64,000 bases of DNA from positions 134 to 64,133 of the forward strand of contig JAWXVD010000006.1 in the NCBI GenBank assembly GCA_044425705.1, read 5' to 3'. Source of the stretch: Eubacteriales bacterium. Lineage in GTDB: Bacteria > Bacillota > Clostridia > Lachnospirales > Lachnospiraceae. Made by a program: the position numbers and the translations under genes. Of this stretch, positions 10,585 to 21,604 are shown piece by piece (the stretch's first letter is position 1; each line of letters opens with the position of its first letter). The notes under the pieces are model-generated. The model did not search any database, was not told where the DNA came from, and saw nothing but the letters and a program-made list of their open reading frames with translations.

Positions 10585-11472
10585 ATGTACGAATTGATAC
10601 AAGTAGGGAAAAGAACATATTATATTAATTGTCCAGCTAAAATTGGAATTTATAAGATAAACGATACAGAGGTATGCTTGATTGACAGTGGAAATGATAA
10701 GGAAGCGGGAAAGAAAATACTGAAAATTCTAGCAGCTAATCAATGGACATTAAAGATGATAATTAACACTCATTCTCATGCAGACCATATTGGAGGGAAT
10801 TGCCTATTACAGCAAAGAACTCATTGTGAAATTTATACAGTAGGTATTGAATCAGCCTTTACTAGCTTTCCTATCTTGGAATCTTCCTTTTTATATGGTG
10901 GTTATCCATGTAAGGAATTGAGAAACAAATTTCTCTGCGCACAGCCAAGTAATGTAAAGATTTTAACAAAAGAGGTGTTGCCGGAAGGGATGGAAACGAT
11001 TGAAATAAAGGGACACTCCTTGGATATGATAGGACTTAAAACAGAAGATAGTATATGGTTCTTAGCAGATGCATTAACAAGTGAAGCAACTATTGAAAAA
11101 TACCATGTACCATTTCTTTACGATGTAGAATCATATATTGAAACATTACATATGATTGAAAATTTAGAAGGTGACCTTTTCATACCCTCACATGCAGAAC
11201 CTGTGGAAGATATTTCAGCTCTAGTTAGAATTAATTTAGAACAAGTACAACAACTGGTTGGGCTTTTATTGGAAATTTGTAAAAATGAGATAGCATTTGA
11301 TGATATTTTGCAAACAGTTTTTGGACATTATCAATTAAAGATGGACTTTAGTCAACATGTGCTTGTAGGAAGCACCATAAGTTCCTATCTAGCTTATATG
11401 CATGAACAAAAAATGCTAGATGTAGTATTTATAGATGAAAAGCTTTGCTGGAAAACAAATTTCTTCGATTAG
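10585..11472 (+). CDS. MBL-fold metallo-hydrolase
   Basis: HSHADHIGGN metal-binding motif; ATG 10585 has better SD spacing than 10579. Confidence 0.8.
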   Translation: MYELIQVGKRTYYINCPAKIGIYKINDTEVCLIDSGNDKEAGKKILKILAANQWTLKMIINTHSHADHIGGNCLLQQRTHCEIYTVGIESAFTSFPILESSFLYGGYPCKELRNKFLCAQPSNVKILTKEVLPEGMETIEIKGHSLDMIGLKTEDSIWFLADALTSEATIEKYHVPFLYDVESYIETLHMIENLEGDLFIPSHAEPVEDISALVRINLEQVQQLVGLLLEICKNEIAFDDILQTVFGHYQLKMDFSQHVLVGSTISSYLAYMHEQKMLDVVFIDEKLCWKTNFFD

Positions 11473-11539
11473 AAATTTGTCTCTATCGATAAAATCCTTT
11501 CATAAATGAAAGGGCTGCAAGTTGTAAGATTAAGAGAAA

Positions 11540-13333
11540 GTGACGGTTATGATGAGAGAGAAGTACATAAAATTACAGTATAAAATCATGTTGTTTTTTA
11601 CAATTGGTGTCATTATTCCTATGTTTTTAATTACCATAGCAACAGGGTATATTTATAAATTGAATTTAGAGAATTCTACCAATGAAAATTCAAGACTTTT
11701 GTCAGCACAAATTGAATCCAATATAGATACCTATTTAGATAATATTAGTCAAATTTCTATTACCCCATATTATGATTCTTGGATACAAGATCAAATCAGT
11801 AGTATTACCATTGGCGGGAATGAATTTTATCAAAATGATACAGAAACAAATAAAATGATGAGTGATTTCTTATTTAACATGATGATACAAAATAAAGCCA
11901 TTTGTTCTATTTTTGTAACTGATTTAGAGGGGAATATTATTTATGCTAAATCTAATGGTGGAGCAATGCAGAGCCAAGTTGATTTCTTTAGCCCTTATAT
12001 TCAAAACATGGAAAAAGAATATACAGTGATTCCTAGTCATCAACAGTCATATTTGAAACGATCAAATCAGGAAGTGTTTAGTTATGTAAGAGTTTTGAAG
12101 GAAGTGACAACAAATACGCCAATTGGCTATATTGTATTAGACATGAAATCAAGTGCAATCAGTAATTTGATTAATAATATGGATAATAGTAGTGAAGATT
12201 ATATTGCTATCTATTTAGAAGATAATAGTATTCTAAAAACAAATATTATGGATGATGAATTGGAAGAGAAAATTAGTGAACTTTACTTTCAACAGAACAA
12301 TGATTCCGCAACAAATAGTATAATTGTAGATAATAATGAATATTTAATGAGTTATGCAGGAGTTAGTGACTATGGATTGACAGCAGTTATTTTTAGAGAT
12401 AAAGAAAATGTTTTCAGTGTCATTAATAAAGTTGTTAGCATGACGCAACTTTTGATTGGTGTGATATTATTTTTTGTATTAATAAATACTGTTTTGTTAT
12501 CAAGAAAATTGACACATCCATTTAGTAGATTAACAAGCGCTATGAGTAAAGTAGAAAAAGGTGATTTCTCTGTTAGAGTAGAAAAAGGTAGTCCTGATGA
12601 GATCGGACAATTAATTGATTGCTTTAATACTATGTTGCTGCGTATTGATGATTTGATTGTGAGAGAGTATAAAATGGAATTGGAAGAAAAGCAGACAGAA
12701 ATCAAAGCTTTACAAAATCAAATCAATCCTCATTTTTTATATAACACATTAGAGAGTATTACTATGATGGCAGAAATTAACGAGGATTTAGAAGTGTCTC
12801 AAATGGTTGCAGATCTTGGTTCTTTCTTTCGATTTGTTATTTCTAAAAAGGGTGCACAAGTCACTTTGATGGAAGAGTTAGAATATGTGAAAACTTATAT
12901 AAGAATTCAAAATGTTAGATATAGTGAAAGAATACACTTGACCATAGATTGTCCCAAAGAGTTAGAAAATATCAAAATTATGAAATTATGTATACAGCCA
13001 CTAATAGAGAATTGTATACTCCATGGATATTTGCATGGAGAAGAGATGTTAATTGAAGTTTCAGTAAAAAAAGAAGAAAATCTTATGATTACAGTTCGCG
13101 ATTATGGAGTTGGAGTGGATGAAGAAAAACTGCAAGAATTAATAGACCACATTGATGAAGCGGAAGAAAAAGAAAATAGTATAGGATTAAAAAATGTTCA
13201 TAAAAGGTTAGTGTTAATGTATGGAGAGTACTCTGGTTTGCAATTTTCAAGTGTAAAAGGTAATGGAATGAAGATTTGGTTTTCCATACCAGCTTTATTG
13301 GAGGATAGAGGAATAGAAACCCATATAAATTAG
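11540..13333 (+). CDS. Sensor histidine kinase (YesM-like, HAMP + His_kinase/HATPase)
   Basis: Two TM segments flanking a sensor domain, HAMP, H-box QINPHFLYNTL, HATPase G-boxes; paired with an AraC-type response regulator. Confidence 0.85.
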   Translation: MTVMMREKYIKLQYKIMLFFTIGVIIPMFLITIATGYIYKLNLENSTNENSRLLSAQIESNIDTYLDNISQISITPYYDSWIQDQISSITIGGNEFYQNDTETNKMMSDFLFNMMIQNKAICSIFVTDLEGNIIYAKSNGGAMQSQVDFFSPYIQNMEKEYTVIPSHQQSYLKRSNQEVFSYVRVLKEVTTNTPIGYIVLDMKSSAISNLINNMDNSSEDYIAIYLEDNSILKTNIMDDELEEKISELYFQQNNDSATNSIIVDNNEYLMSYAGVSDYGLTAVIFRDKENVFSVINKVVSMTQLLIGVILFFVLINTVLLSRKLTHPFSRLTSAMSKVEKGDFSVRVEKGSPDEIGQLIDCFNTMLLRIDDLIVREYKMELEEKQTEIKALQNQINPHFLYNTLESITMMAEINEDLEVSQMVADLGSFFRFVISKKGAQVTLMEELEYVKTYIRIQNVRYSERIHLTIDCPKELENIKIMKLCIQPLIENCILHGYLHGEEMLIEVSVKKEENLMITVRDYGVGVDEEKLQELIDHIDEAEEKENSIGLKNVHKRLVLMYGEYSGLQFSSVKGNGMKIWFSIPALLEDRGIETHIN

Positions 13334-13401
13334 AAACAGTAGAGTTTTTGCAAAACACGATAGAGTGTTAAATGATATTGCATAGGAAGAAGGGCTGTTA
13401 A

Positions 13402-14925
13402 ATGATTTCTTTAATGATAGTAGATGATGAGCAACTGATATTACGTGGTATAAGAAGTATTTTAAAAAGGGAAAATCATGGTTATATTTTAGTTGGAGAA
13501 GCAGAAAATGGTGAGCAGGCCATCGAATTAGCAAAACAGCTAGGGCCTGAAGTAATTATTACAGATATTTGTATGCCAGGCATGGATGGACTAGCAATGA
13601 TTCAAGAAATTAAGAAATTCCTACCCAATACTAAATTTATTGTGTTAAGTGGGTATGGTGAATTTGCGTATGCACAAGAAGCCGTAAGACTTGAGGTGAG
13701 TGATTATTTATTAAAACCCATTAATAGTAAAGGCTTATATGAAGTATTAGATAAAATAAGCAAAGCACAATTGCAAGAGGGAAATAAAAAAAATCTTGAA
13801 AAAAATATGCGGATACATCAATGGCTAGGACGCTATCTTCTCCATAATGAAGAGGTTGCCTTACAAAATTTACAGGAATTGTTGGGAATAAAGGAACATT
13901 TTATGTTTGAAATTTTGACTATAGAAGAAAAAAATTTATTAGATAGACAATCTTCTAGAGTGCAAGAATGGGTAGAAAATTTTATTGTGAAGGAGAATTA
14001 TGGTTTTGCCATTAATAGTAAAAACAGTATGATTTTGTTACTTTATGAAAAACAAGATTTTACGGTGAATCATACGAATCAGATTATATTGGAGAGGATT
14101 AAGGAAATATTTGATTGTGATGCTTATATTGATATGGCACTGACGAGAGATGTTATCACGCAACTTGCGGCAATGTACGATCAAGCAAATACATCGTTAA
14201 CCATGAGATTCTATGAGGTGGAAAATAAACAAGTAAGGATTTGGGATGGTAACAATCTATGTGATTTATCCATTGAAATGATTCAAGAAGACTATATGAA
14301 AGAATTGCTTTCAGGCTTAGAGCTAGGACAAAAAGAGTCATTTATGGAATCCATCAAACGTTTTATTCAACAATCGGAGAAAGTGCATGTAAACCCACAT
14401 GATTTGACTAGATATTTGCATGGAATTGTTAGGATTTGTATTGTACAGTTGCAAACGAAAGGATATTTTCAAGCGGTGAATCAAGAAATCCTAGATGAAC
14501 ATATTGATTGTATAAATTTTTGTAAAAATAAAAATGATTTTTTGCAAAATGCAGAATATATCTTTGACGAAATACTAGAACTAGCAAATAACAATAACAG
14601 TTCTACAGGTTCTAGAACCATAGTAGAGGTGAAAAAATATATTTTATCAAATTATAACAAGGATATTGGTTTAAATGAGGTTGCTGAGATTGTATATCTA
14701 AACCCTAAATATTTAAGTGAATTATTCAAAAAGGAAACGGGACAGACGTTTATAGCTTATTTAACTGTAATCAGAATGGAAAATGCTAAGAAATTATTGC
14801 AAAAGTTAGATTATAAAATTTATGAAGTAGCAGAAAATGTAGGTTATCAAAATCCTAAAACATTTGTGAAGGTATTTAAAAAATATACAGGTGTTACGCC
14901 ACTTGAATTTAGAAATAGCAAATAA
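13402..14925 (+). CDS. Response regulator, AraC-family HTH output (YesN-like)
   Basis: REC domain (MIVDDE...ITDICMPGMDG...K), C-terminal AraC HTH (YQNPKTFVKVFKKYTGVTPLEFR). Confidence 0.9.
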   Translation: MISLMIVDDEQLILRGIRSILKRENHGYILVGEAENGEQAIELAKQLGPEVIITDICMPGMDGLAMIQEIKKFLPNTKFIVLSGYGEFAYAQEAVRLEVSDYLLKPINSKGLYEVLDKISKAQLQEGNKKNLEKNMRIHQWLGRYLLHNEEVALQNLQELLGIKEHFMFEILTIEEKNLLDRQSSRVQEWVENFIVKENYGFAINSKNSMILLLYEKQDFTVNHTNQIILERIKEIFDCDAYIDMALTRDVITQLAAMYDQANTSLTMRFYEVENKQVRIWDGNNLCDLSIEMIQEDYMKELLSGLELGQKESFMESIKRFIQQSEKVHVNPHDLTRYLHGIVRICIVQLQTKGYFQAVNQEILDEHIDCINFCKNKNDFLQNAEYIFDEILELANNNNSSTGSRTIVEVKKYILSNYNKDIGLNEVAEIVYLNPKYLSELFKKETGQTFIAYLTVIRMENAKKLLQKLDYKIYEVAENVGYQNPKTFVKVFKKYTGVTPLEFRNSK

Positions 14926-15040
14926 AATGGAAAAAGGTTACTAAATATGGAAATAGATACCTTGTTGTAAAAAAGTCTTTTTTTTATAATGTATTTATAA
15001 CTTATTCATAAAGAATTAGAGAGAAAGGGAAGGTATTATA

Positions 15041-16372
15041 ATGAAAAGACGTTTTTTAAGTGTTTTATTAGCAGCAACAATGGTAGCAAGTTTATTTTCA
15101 GGATGTGGAATTACAACTACAGATTCTACAACTGAGGTAGCAGAAGAGGTAGTAGAAGAAGCAGTAGTGGAAGAAGTGGCAGAAGAAGCAGTGGAAGAAG
15201 CTTCTGAAGGAGAACAAATTACACTTACATACATGGGTTGGTTAGATAATAATGAAGATGCACTTCGTGCAGTAGCTGATTTATATGAAGCAGCAAATCC
15301 TAATGTAACTATTGAAATTGAATTATTAGAATCAGATCAATACGAAACAGTATACATGGCTCGTATGGCTTCTGGAGAAGCAGCAGACTTAATGTCTATT
15401 CGTTATCAAGCAGCAGATAAAGAAAATTATGCAGCTGGTGATTATGTAGTAGATTTAAGTGGAGAAGTTGCTTGTTCTTACATGAATGAAGGTTTAGATC
15501 AAATCAATGCTTATGAAGGTGTGATTCAAGGTCTTCCAGTAGCGGCTGACTGTTGGGGTGTTTGGTATAACGAAGATATCTTGGCTGAATTAGGATTAGA
15601 AATTCCTTCTACAATCGGTGAATTTATGGATGCTTGTCAAGCTGCTAAAGATGCAGGTTATACACCAATTGCTAACGGTTTACAAGATGGATGGACAGCT
15701 TGGATGACATTATGGACATTATGGGGCAAAGCTGGTGAAGAAGATATTACATTATTCGAAAACTTCCAAGTTGGCGATGCTACACTTTCTGATGTAGAAG
15801 CAGTAGCTTGGGCTTATGAACAAGCGAAAGAATATTATGACTTAGGATACTATCCTGACAATGTACTTGGTACATCACAAGACAGTGCAGTAGAAATGTG
15901 GTATAACGGAGAAGCTCTTTTCTGTCCTAACGGAACATTCTTCTTACCAGAAGTTGAAGCAGCAAATCCAGATTTCTCATATGGATTCATGAAACAACCA
16001 TACAATGAAGAAGAACAAGATGATATCTGTGCACAAGGTGGATTTACATTCTCTATCGCAGCATATAAAGGTGGAGCAAATGAAGAAGCAGCAGTTGACT
16101 TTATCAATTTCTTCTTTACACCAGAAAACTATCAAGTATATGTTGACGTATCAGAAACAATTGGAACTACTGTACAAGGAACATCAGGTGGTGATTCAGA
16201 TGCAGCCTTAGATATCAATGCAGCAATCACATCTATGAATGCTAACTTACATCCAGGTGATGCACAACAAGTTGCATTAGACGGATTAGCAGCAGTATTC
16301 GCAGGCGTTATGACTCCAGAAGAAGTAGTAGCAGAAATGGATCAAGAATTATTGAATTCTTTAACAAAATAA
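15041..16372 (+). CDS. Sugar ABC transporter substrate-binding lipoprotein
   Basis: Lipobox LFSGC, acidic (EEAVV)n linker, SBP family 1 length; followed by two permeases and xylosidases. Confidence 0.85.
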   Translation: MKRRFLSVLLAATMVASLFSGCGITTTDSTTEVAEEVVEEAVVEEVAEEAVEEASEGEQITLTYMGWLDNNEDALRAVADLYEAANPNVTIEIELLESDQYETVYMARMASGEAADLMSIRYQAADKENYAAGDYVVDLSGEVACSYMNEGLDQINAYEGVIQGLPVAADCWGVWYNEDILAELGLEIPSTIGEFMDACQAAKDAGYTPIANGLQDGWTAWMTLWTLWGKAGEEDITLFENFQVGDATLSDVEAVAWAYEQAKEYYDLGYYPDNVLGTSQDSAVEMWYNGEALFCPNGTFFLPEVEAANPDFSYGFMKQPYNEEEQDDICAQGGFTFSIAAYKGGANEEAAVDFINFFFTPENYQVYVDVSETIGTTVQGTSGGDSDAALDINAAITSMNANLHPGDAQQVALDGLAAVFAGVMTPEEVVAEMDQELLNSLTK

Positions 16373-16388
16373 TTTAGATTTGAAAAAA

Positions 16389-16416
16389 GGGAAATCCAAT
16401 CCTTGGATTTCCCTTT
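16389..16416 (+). terminator. Intra-operon hairpin after SBP gene
   Basis: 11-bp perfect stem GGGAAATCCAA / TTGGATTTCCC with a 3-nt loop and a short T tract. Confidence 0.4.
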
Positions 16417-16438
16417 AAAAAATTGAGAAGAAGGATAG

Positions 16439-17326
16439 GTGAAAATGATGCGAAAAAAAAATACTTTCTCATATAAACCGTACCTTATGTTAGCTCCAGG
16501 GAGTATCTTGTTTTTTATCTTTTTTATTATCCCAGTAGTGACAACATTTGTATATGGATTTACGGATTATGATGGGTTTCAACAAAATTTGAATTTTGTT
16601 GGTTTTAGAAACTATGTTTATTTATTTACCACAGACAAATATTTTTGGCAGTCAATTAAAAATAATATGATTTTAACATTATGTTACAATATATTTGGTC
16701 TGCTTATTTCTTTGTCTCTCGCCTTATTATTAAATAATATTAAAGGAAAAAATATCTTCCGTACATTCTTTTTTGTACCAGTAGTAATGAGTACTGTTGC
16801 AGTAGGATATATGTGGAAATATATGTACGCACCTTCAAACGGTGTCATTAGCAATATACTTTCATTATTTGGTGCAGATGCTATTGATTTTCTTGGAAAT
16901 TACAAGATTGCATTATTTTCAGTTATATTTGTAGACATCTGGAAGGGTCAAGGAAATAATATGATTCTTCTCTTAGCAGGTTTACAGACAATTTCCAATG
17001 AATTGTATGAAGCAGCAAATATTGATGGTGCAAATTTATGGCAAAAAATAAGATATATTACATTGCCGTTGTTATCACCACAAATTTCTTTGGTAGTATT
17101 ACTTACCACAATCGGTTGTATCAAATCATTCGATTTAACTTACGTAATGACCCAAGGTGGACCGTTCCATACAACGGAATTGATGACAATTAGAATTTTT
17201 GATGAAGCATTTGGAAGTTCCTCACATTACTATGGTTATGCTTCCGCAGAGGCCACGGTATTGTTTATCTTTGTATTGATTATTTCATTGATACAGTTGA
17301 AAATGAATAAGAAGGGAGAAGAATAG
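16439..17326 (+). CDS. Carbohydrate ABC transporter permease
   Basis: EAA loop YEAANIDGANLWQKIRYITLPLL and a multi-TM profile. Confidence 0.85.
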   Translation: MKMMRKKNTFSYKPYLMLAPGSILFFIFFIIPVVTTFVYGFTDYDGFQQNLNFVGFRNYVYLFTTDKYFWQSIKNNMILTLCYNIFGLLISLSLALLLNNIKGKNIFRTFFFVPVVMSTVAVGYMWKYMYAPSNGVISNILSLFGADAIDFLGNYKIALFSVIFVDIWKGQGNNMILLLAGLQTISNELYEAANIDGANLWQKIRYITLPLLSPQISLVVLLTTIGCIKSFDLTYVMTQGGPFHTTELMTIRIFDEAFGSSSHYYGYASAEATVLFIFVLIISLIQLKMNKKGEE

Positions 17327-18159
17327 TGACGAAAAAACATAAAAAAATATTGCTTGTCATTGGTTATTGTGTACTAGCGATCATTGCGTTTTTGTACGTA
17401 TTTCCAATCATTATTGTATTATTAAATTCATTTAAAACTTCTTCTGAAATTAGAACATCAGGCTTGGGATTTCCAGAAAACATCTATCTAGGAAACTATA
17501 TCACAGCTTGGGAAGCTGGCAATTTTGGTAAGGCTATGATTAATAGTATTGTTATCACAGGATTGAGTTTAGTATTTATATACTTTTTAAATGTTCTTTC
17601 AGCATATCCATTTGCAAGAATGAAATTTACAGGAAAAGGGGCTTTATACATGATATTTTTGAGTGGAATCATGTTTCCTATTCAAATGGCCATTATTCCC
17701 TTGTTTAAAATCATTACAAATCTTGGATTGGTAAATAATCCTCTAGGGTTAGTGTTTGTATATACAGCATTTTCTATGCCAATGGGAATCTTGATTATTT
17801 CTAATTTCATTAGGGCGATGCCTATTGAATTGGAAGAAGCGGCAAGTATAGATGGTTGCGGTACGGTAAGATTGTTATATCAAATTATTTTGCCAATCGT
17901 AAAGCCAGCGGTAGCCACAGTGCTTATTATCAATGCCATAAGTATTTGGAATGATTTATTATTGCCAATTATTGTATTAACAACGAAAGACGCTAAGACT
18001 ATGCCAGCAGGATTAATGTATTTTTCGGGACAATATTCTACCCAATGGGAATATGTAACAGCTGCTGTTATGATCATTAGTGCACCAATGGTTATTTTCT
18101 ATCTGTTTATGCAGAAACATATCGTCAATGGTTTGGCGGCAGGTGCAGTGAAGAGTTAG
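17326..18159 (+). CDS. Carbohydrate ABC transporter permease
   Basis: EAA loop EEAASIDGCGTVRLLYQIILPIVKPA, C-terminal LAAGAVKS. Confidence 0.85.
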   Translation: MTKKHKKILLVIGYCVLAIIAFLYVFPIIIVLLNSFKTSSEIRTSGLGFPENIYLGNYITAWEAGNFGKAMINSIVITGLSLVFIYFLNVLSAYPFARMKFTGKGALYMIFLSGIMFPIQMAIIPLFKIITNLGLVNNPLGLVFVYTAFSMPMGILIISNFIRAMPIELEEAASIDGCGTVRLLYQIILPIVKPAVATVLIINAISIWNDLLLPIIVLTTKDAKTMPAGLMYFSGQYSTQWEYVTAAVMIISAPMVIFYLFMQKHIVNGLAAGAVKS

Positions 18160-18239
18160 TTAAAAAAATATTTGTAATCCTACATAAAATCAAGGGTGTT
18201 TTGTGTAGGATTATATTAATGATAGGAGAAGAGGAAAAT

Positions 18240-19832
18240 ATGGACGTTAGAACAATTGATGTAAAACAGGAAGGTACTGCATTCCAACATGTATGGAGCA
18301 AATGTATCAGTGGTGGAAGAGCCAACGAAGGTTTGAGAAAAGATTGGCAAGATCAATTACAAATGGCGGTTGATGAATGTGGTTTTGAATATATTAGATT
18401 TCATGGTCTTCTATGTGATGATATGGGTGTTTATCATAGACAAAATGGTAAAGAATGGTATTGTTTTACGTATATCGATCAATTATTTGACAGATTATTA
18501 GAGATAGGTATTCGTCCTGTTGTTGAATTTGGATTTACACCTGATGATATGGCTCGAGGAGATGAGCGTCAATTTTGGTGGAAGGGTAATGTTTCATTAC
18601 CAGAAAACATGCAGTTGTGGGAAGCTTTAGTAGAGGCATTGGTGAATCATTGGATTGAACGATATGGTAAGGAAGAAGTGTTGAAATGGTATTTTGAAGT
18701 TTGGAATGAACCTAATCTTAGACCATTTTTTCATGGCACGAAAAGTGAATATTTTGAATTATATAAAACAACGGTCAATGCCATTAAGAAAATTAATGAA
18801 AATCTTCCTGTAGGAGGACCAGCTACTAGTAATTTTGTACCTGATGAAAGATTCGCAGGAGAAATTGAAGATGTAAGCTGTCATGCAACACATAAAGTAG
18901 AAGATATTGATACGTTAGAATGGAAAGGTGTTTGGATAGAAGACTTTTTAGCATACTGTGAGGCAGAAAAATTGCCTGTTGATTTTGTATCTACACATCC
19001 ATATCCAACGGATTTTGCATTAGATGGCCATGGAGACAGTTTAGAAGGTGCAGAAATGAAAGGTAGATCTCGTCATGCTACCTCTACCTGCGAAGATTTA
19101 ACATGGTTAAATAACGCATTAGAAAAAAGCATTTATGCGGGTGCAGAAATTATCTTGACAGAATGGAGCTCAAGTCCGACTTCGAGAGATTACAGTCATG
19201 ATTATTTACCTGTTGCTTCATATATTGTCAAAAATAATGTAGAATGTATTGGATTAACAGATGCATTATCATACTGGGTATTTACAGATATTTTTGAAGA
19301 AGCAGGACCAGGCCCAGAATTGTTTCATGGTGGATTTGGATTATTAAACATGAAAGGAATGAAAAAACCTGCATATCATGCGTATCGTATGTTACATACT
19401 TTAGGAAATCAATTAATAGAAAAAAATGACAATATGATTATGACAAAAGATGAGAATGGTAAATTATGTGGTTTGATTTGGCATTATCCAGAAGAATGTG
19501 TACAGGCAGTTCCAATTTCAGAATATCCTGATTATACAAAGGCAGAACAAATTCAAGCATTAGGAAGCAATAAGAATATCGTATGTCGATACAGCGGATT
19601 CCAACCAAACGAAGTAGTCAATTTAGAAATATTGGACAAAACCCATGGCAACGTGACGACTTGTTGGAAAGAGATGTCATATCCTAAGAATCCAACAAGA
19701 AAGCAAGAAGAAGCATTGCATATGTATGCCAATGGATTCAAATATGAAAAAGTAATGGCAGATGAAAATGGGCAGTTAGAATTAGAATTAAGCATAGAGC
19801 CTTGGACAGTGATTAGAGTATATACTGATTAG
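18240..19832 (+). CDS. GH39-family beta-xylosidase-like glycoside hydrolase
   Basis: YFEVWNEPN (acid/base Glu motif) and IILTEWSS (nucleophile motif) typical of GH39; ATG 18240 preceded by AGGAGAAGAGGA. Confidence 0.8.
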   Translation: MDVRTIDVKQEGTAFQHVWSKCISGGRANEGLRKDWQDQLQMAVDECGFEYIRFHGLLCDDMGVYHRQNGKEWYCFTYIDQLFDRLLEIGIRPVVEFGFTPDDMARGDERQFWWKGNVSLPENMQLWEALVEALVNHWIERYGKEEVLKWYFEVWNEPNLRPFFHGTKSEYFELYKTTVNAIKKINENLPVGGPATSNFVPDERFAGEIEDVSCHATHKVEDIDTLEWKGVWIEDFLAYCEAEKLPVDFVSTHPYPTDFALDGHGDSLEGAEMKGRSRHATSTCEDLTWLNNALEKSIYAGAEIILTEWSSSPTSRDYSHDYLPVASYIVKNNVECIGLTDALSYWVFTDIFEEAGPGPELFHGGFGLLNMKGMKKPAYHAYRMLHTLGNQLIEKNDNMIMTKDENGKLCGLIWHYPEECVQAVPISEYPDYTKAEQIQALGSNKNIVCRYSGFQPNEVVNLEILDKTHGNVTTCWKEMSYPKNPTRKQEEALHMYANGFKYEKVMADENGQLELELSIEPWTVIRVYTD

Positions 19833-19862
19833 ATAAAATTAAAGTATGGAGGTAAGTTGAAA

Positions 19863-21452
19863 ATGAAAATTAGTAATCCAATATTAAAAGGGTTTAATCC
19901 TGATCCATCTATTTGTAAAGATGGAGATGATTATTATATTACAACATCTACCTTTGAATGGTTTCCAGGAGTGCAGATTCATCATTCAAAAGATTTAGCA
20001 AATTGGACACTTGTAAAAAGACCATTAGAGCGTCTGAGTCAAATTAATATGTTGGGAAATAGAGATTCGGGTGGTGTATGGGCACCATGTTTAACAAAAG
20101 AAGATGGAAAGTTTTGGCTGATTTATAGTGATGTAAAACAATTTGGAGGTGGATATCAAGATGTTCATAATTATTTGGTAACTGCTGATAGGATTACAGG
20201 AGAATGGAGTGATCCTATTTTCTTAAATAGTTCTGGTTTTGATCCATCGTTATTTCATGATGAAGATGGCAGAAAGTATGTTGTGAACATGATTTGGGAT
20301 CACCGTAGTGGAAATAATTTTTTTTATGGAATTCAAATGCAGGAATATTCTGTAGAGAAAGAGAAGTTGGTTGGAGCTAAAAATATAATTTTCAAGGGTA
20401 CTAATCTTGCTTTTACAGAAGGACCACATATTTATAAAAAAGGTGACTATTACTATTTAATGACAGCAGAAGGTGGTACGGGATATGAGCATGCCGTTAC
20501 TGTGGCACGTGCTAAAGAATTATGGGGACCATATGAAGTACATCCTGAAAATCCGATTTTAACGTCTTGGAACAATCCTGAATTGATGTTACAAAAAGCA
20601 GGTCATGCTTCCATGATACCTATAACAGACGAGCTCTGGGCATTGGTTCATCTATGTAGTCGTCCGTTAGAAACAAGGGGGGATTGCCCTCTCGGTCGTG
20701 AAACGGCATTACAAGCAGTAGTGTGGAAGGAAGATTGGCCATATTTAAAAGGTGGTGTTTTACCGAAAGATATTGTTTCAGATTTTGATTTACCAGAGGT
20801 CATGATAGATTCTAAGATAGTGGGGCATGATGATTTTGAGGAAAAAACTATGAATATTCATTTCCAATCATTGCGTGTACCTATTGCAGAAAATGCATCT
20901 TTGTCAGAAAGAGAAAGTCATTTGCGTTTGTATGGTAGAGAAAGTTTATGTTCTGAATTTATACAGGCGCACCTTGCTAGAAGATGGCAAAGTTTTTATT
21001 TTACAGCTCAAACAAAAGTAGAATTTCATCCAGAATCATTTCAACAATCAGCAGGATTGACAATGTATTATAACACAGCCAATTGGTTCTTTTTATCGAT
21101 TACAGGTGATGAAGAAATGGGTAGAATTATACAGCTTTCTCATTTGACGGGTGGTAAAGACTATAAAGATTATTTGAGTCAAGATAAAATTGCTGTTCCA
21201 GCTGATGTAGATTATGTTTATTTGAAAGCAGACGTAAAATCAGATAAGATGATGTTTTCTTATTCTTTTGATGGTTCAAATTATAGTGAAATCCAACAAG
21301 AATTTTACACGGGACAATTATCTGATGATTATATGAATAAAATAAATGCACCAAATGGTTTTATAGGTGCTTTTGTAGGTATGGCATGTATTGATGCTAG
21401 TGGTGAAAGAATACCTGCTGATTTCGATTTCTTTGAATATATAGAGTTATAA
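19863..21452 (+). CDS. GH43-family beta-xylosidase/alpha-L-arabinofuranosidase
   Basis: N-terminal NPILKGFNPDPSI...DDYYITTSTFEWFPGV signature, two-domain ~530 aa architecture. Confidence 0.85.
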   Translation: MKISNPILKGFNPDPSICKDGDDYYITTSTFEWFPGVQIHHSKDLANWTLVKRPLERLSQINMLGNRDSGGVWAPCLTKEDGKFWLIYSDVKQFGGGYQDVHNYLVTADRITGEWSDPIFLNSSGFDPSLFHDEDGRKYVVNMIWDHRSGNNFFYGIQMQEYSVEKEKLVGAKNIIFKGTNLAFTEGPHIYKKGDYYYLMTAEGGTGYEHAVTVARAKELWGPYEVHPENPILTSWNNPELMLQKAGHASMIPITDELWALVHLCSRPLETRGDCPLGRETALQAVVWKEDWPYLKGGVLPKDIVSDFDLPEVMIDSKIVGHDDFEEKTMNIHFQSLRVPIAENASLSERESHLRLYGRESLCSEFIQAHLARRWQSFYFTAQTKVEFHPESFQQSAGLTMYYNTANWFFLSITGDEEMGRIIQLSHLTGGKDYKDYLSQDKIAVPADVDYVYLKADVKSDKMMFSYSFDGSNYSEIQQEFYTGQLSDDYMNKINAPNGFIGAFVGMACIDASGERIPADFDFFEYIEL

Positions 21453-21604
21453 AAACGAATTCATTATTTTAAATTCCCTTTGATTGAAATTATGTATTAT
21501 GAAATAGATAACTAAAAGCTAAGTCATAATTAATATTATCAATATAGGGGGATTTTTATTACGAGTAAATAATTATAATTAAGCAGTTATTGGTTTGATT
21601 TATA

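Noticed and set aside
15125-15210. DNA repeat element in the second SBP gene
   Set aside because: The repetitive GAAGAAGYRGTR pattern simply encodes an acidic (EEAVV)n linker after the lipobox. It is a low-complexity coding region, not a dispersed repeat.
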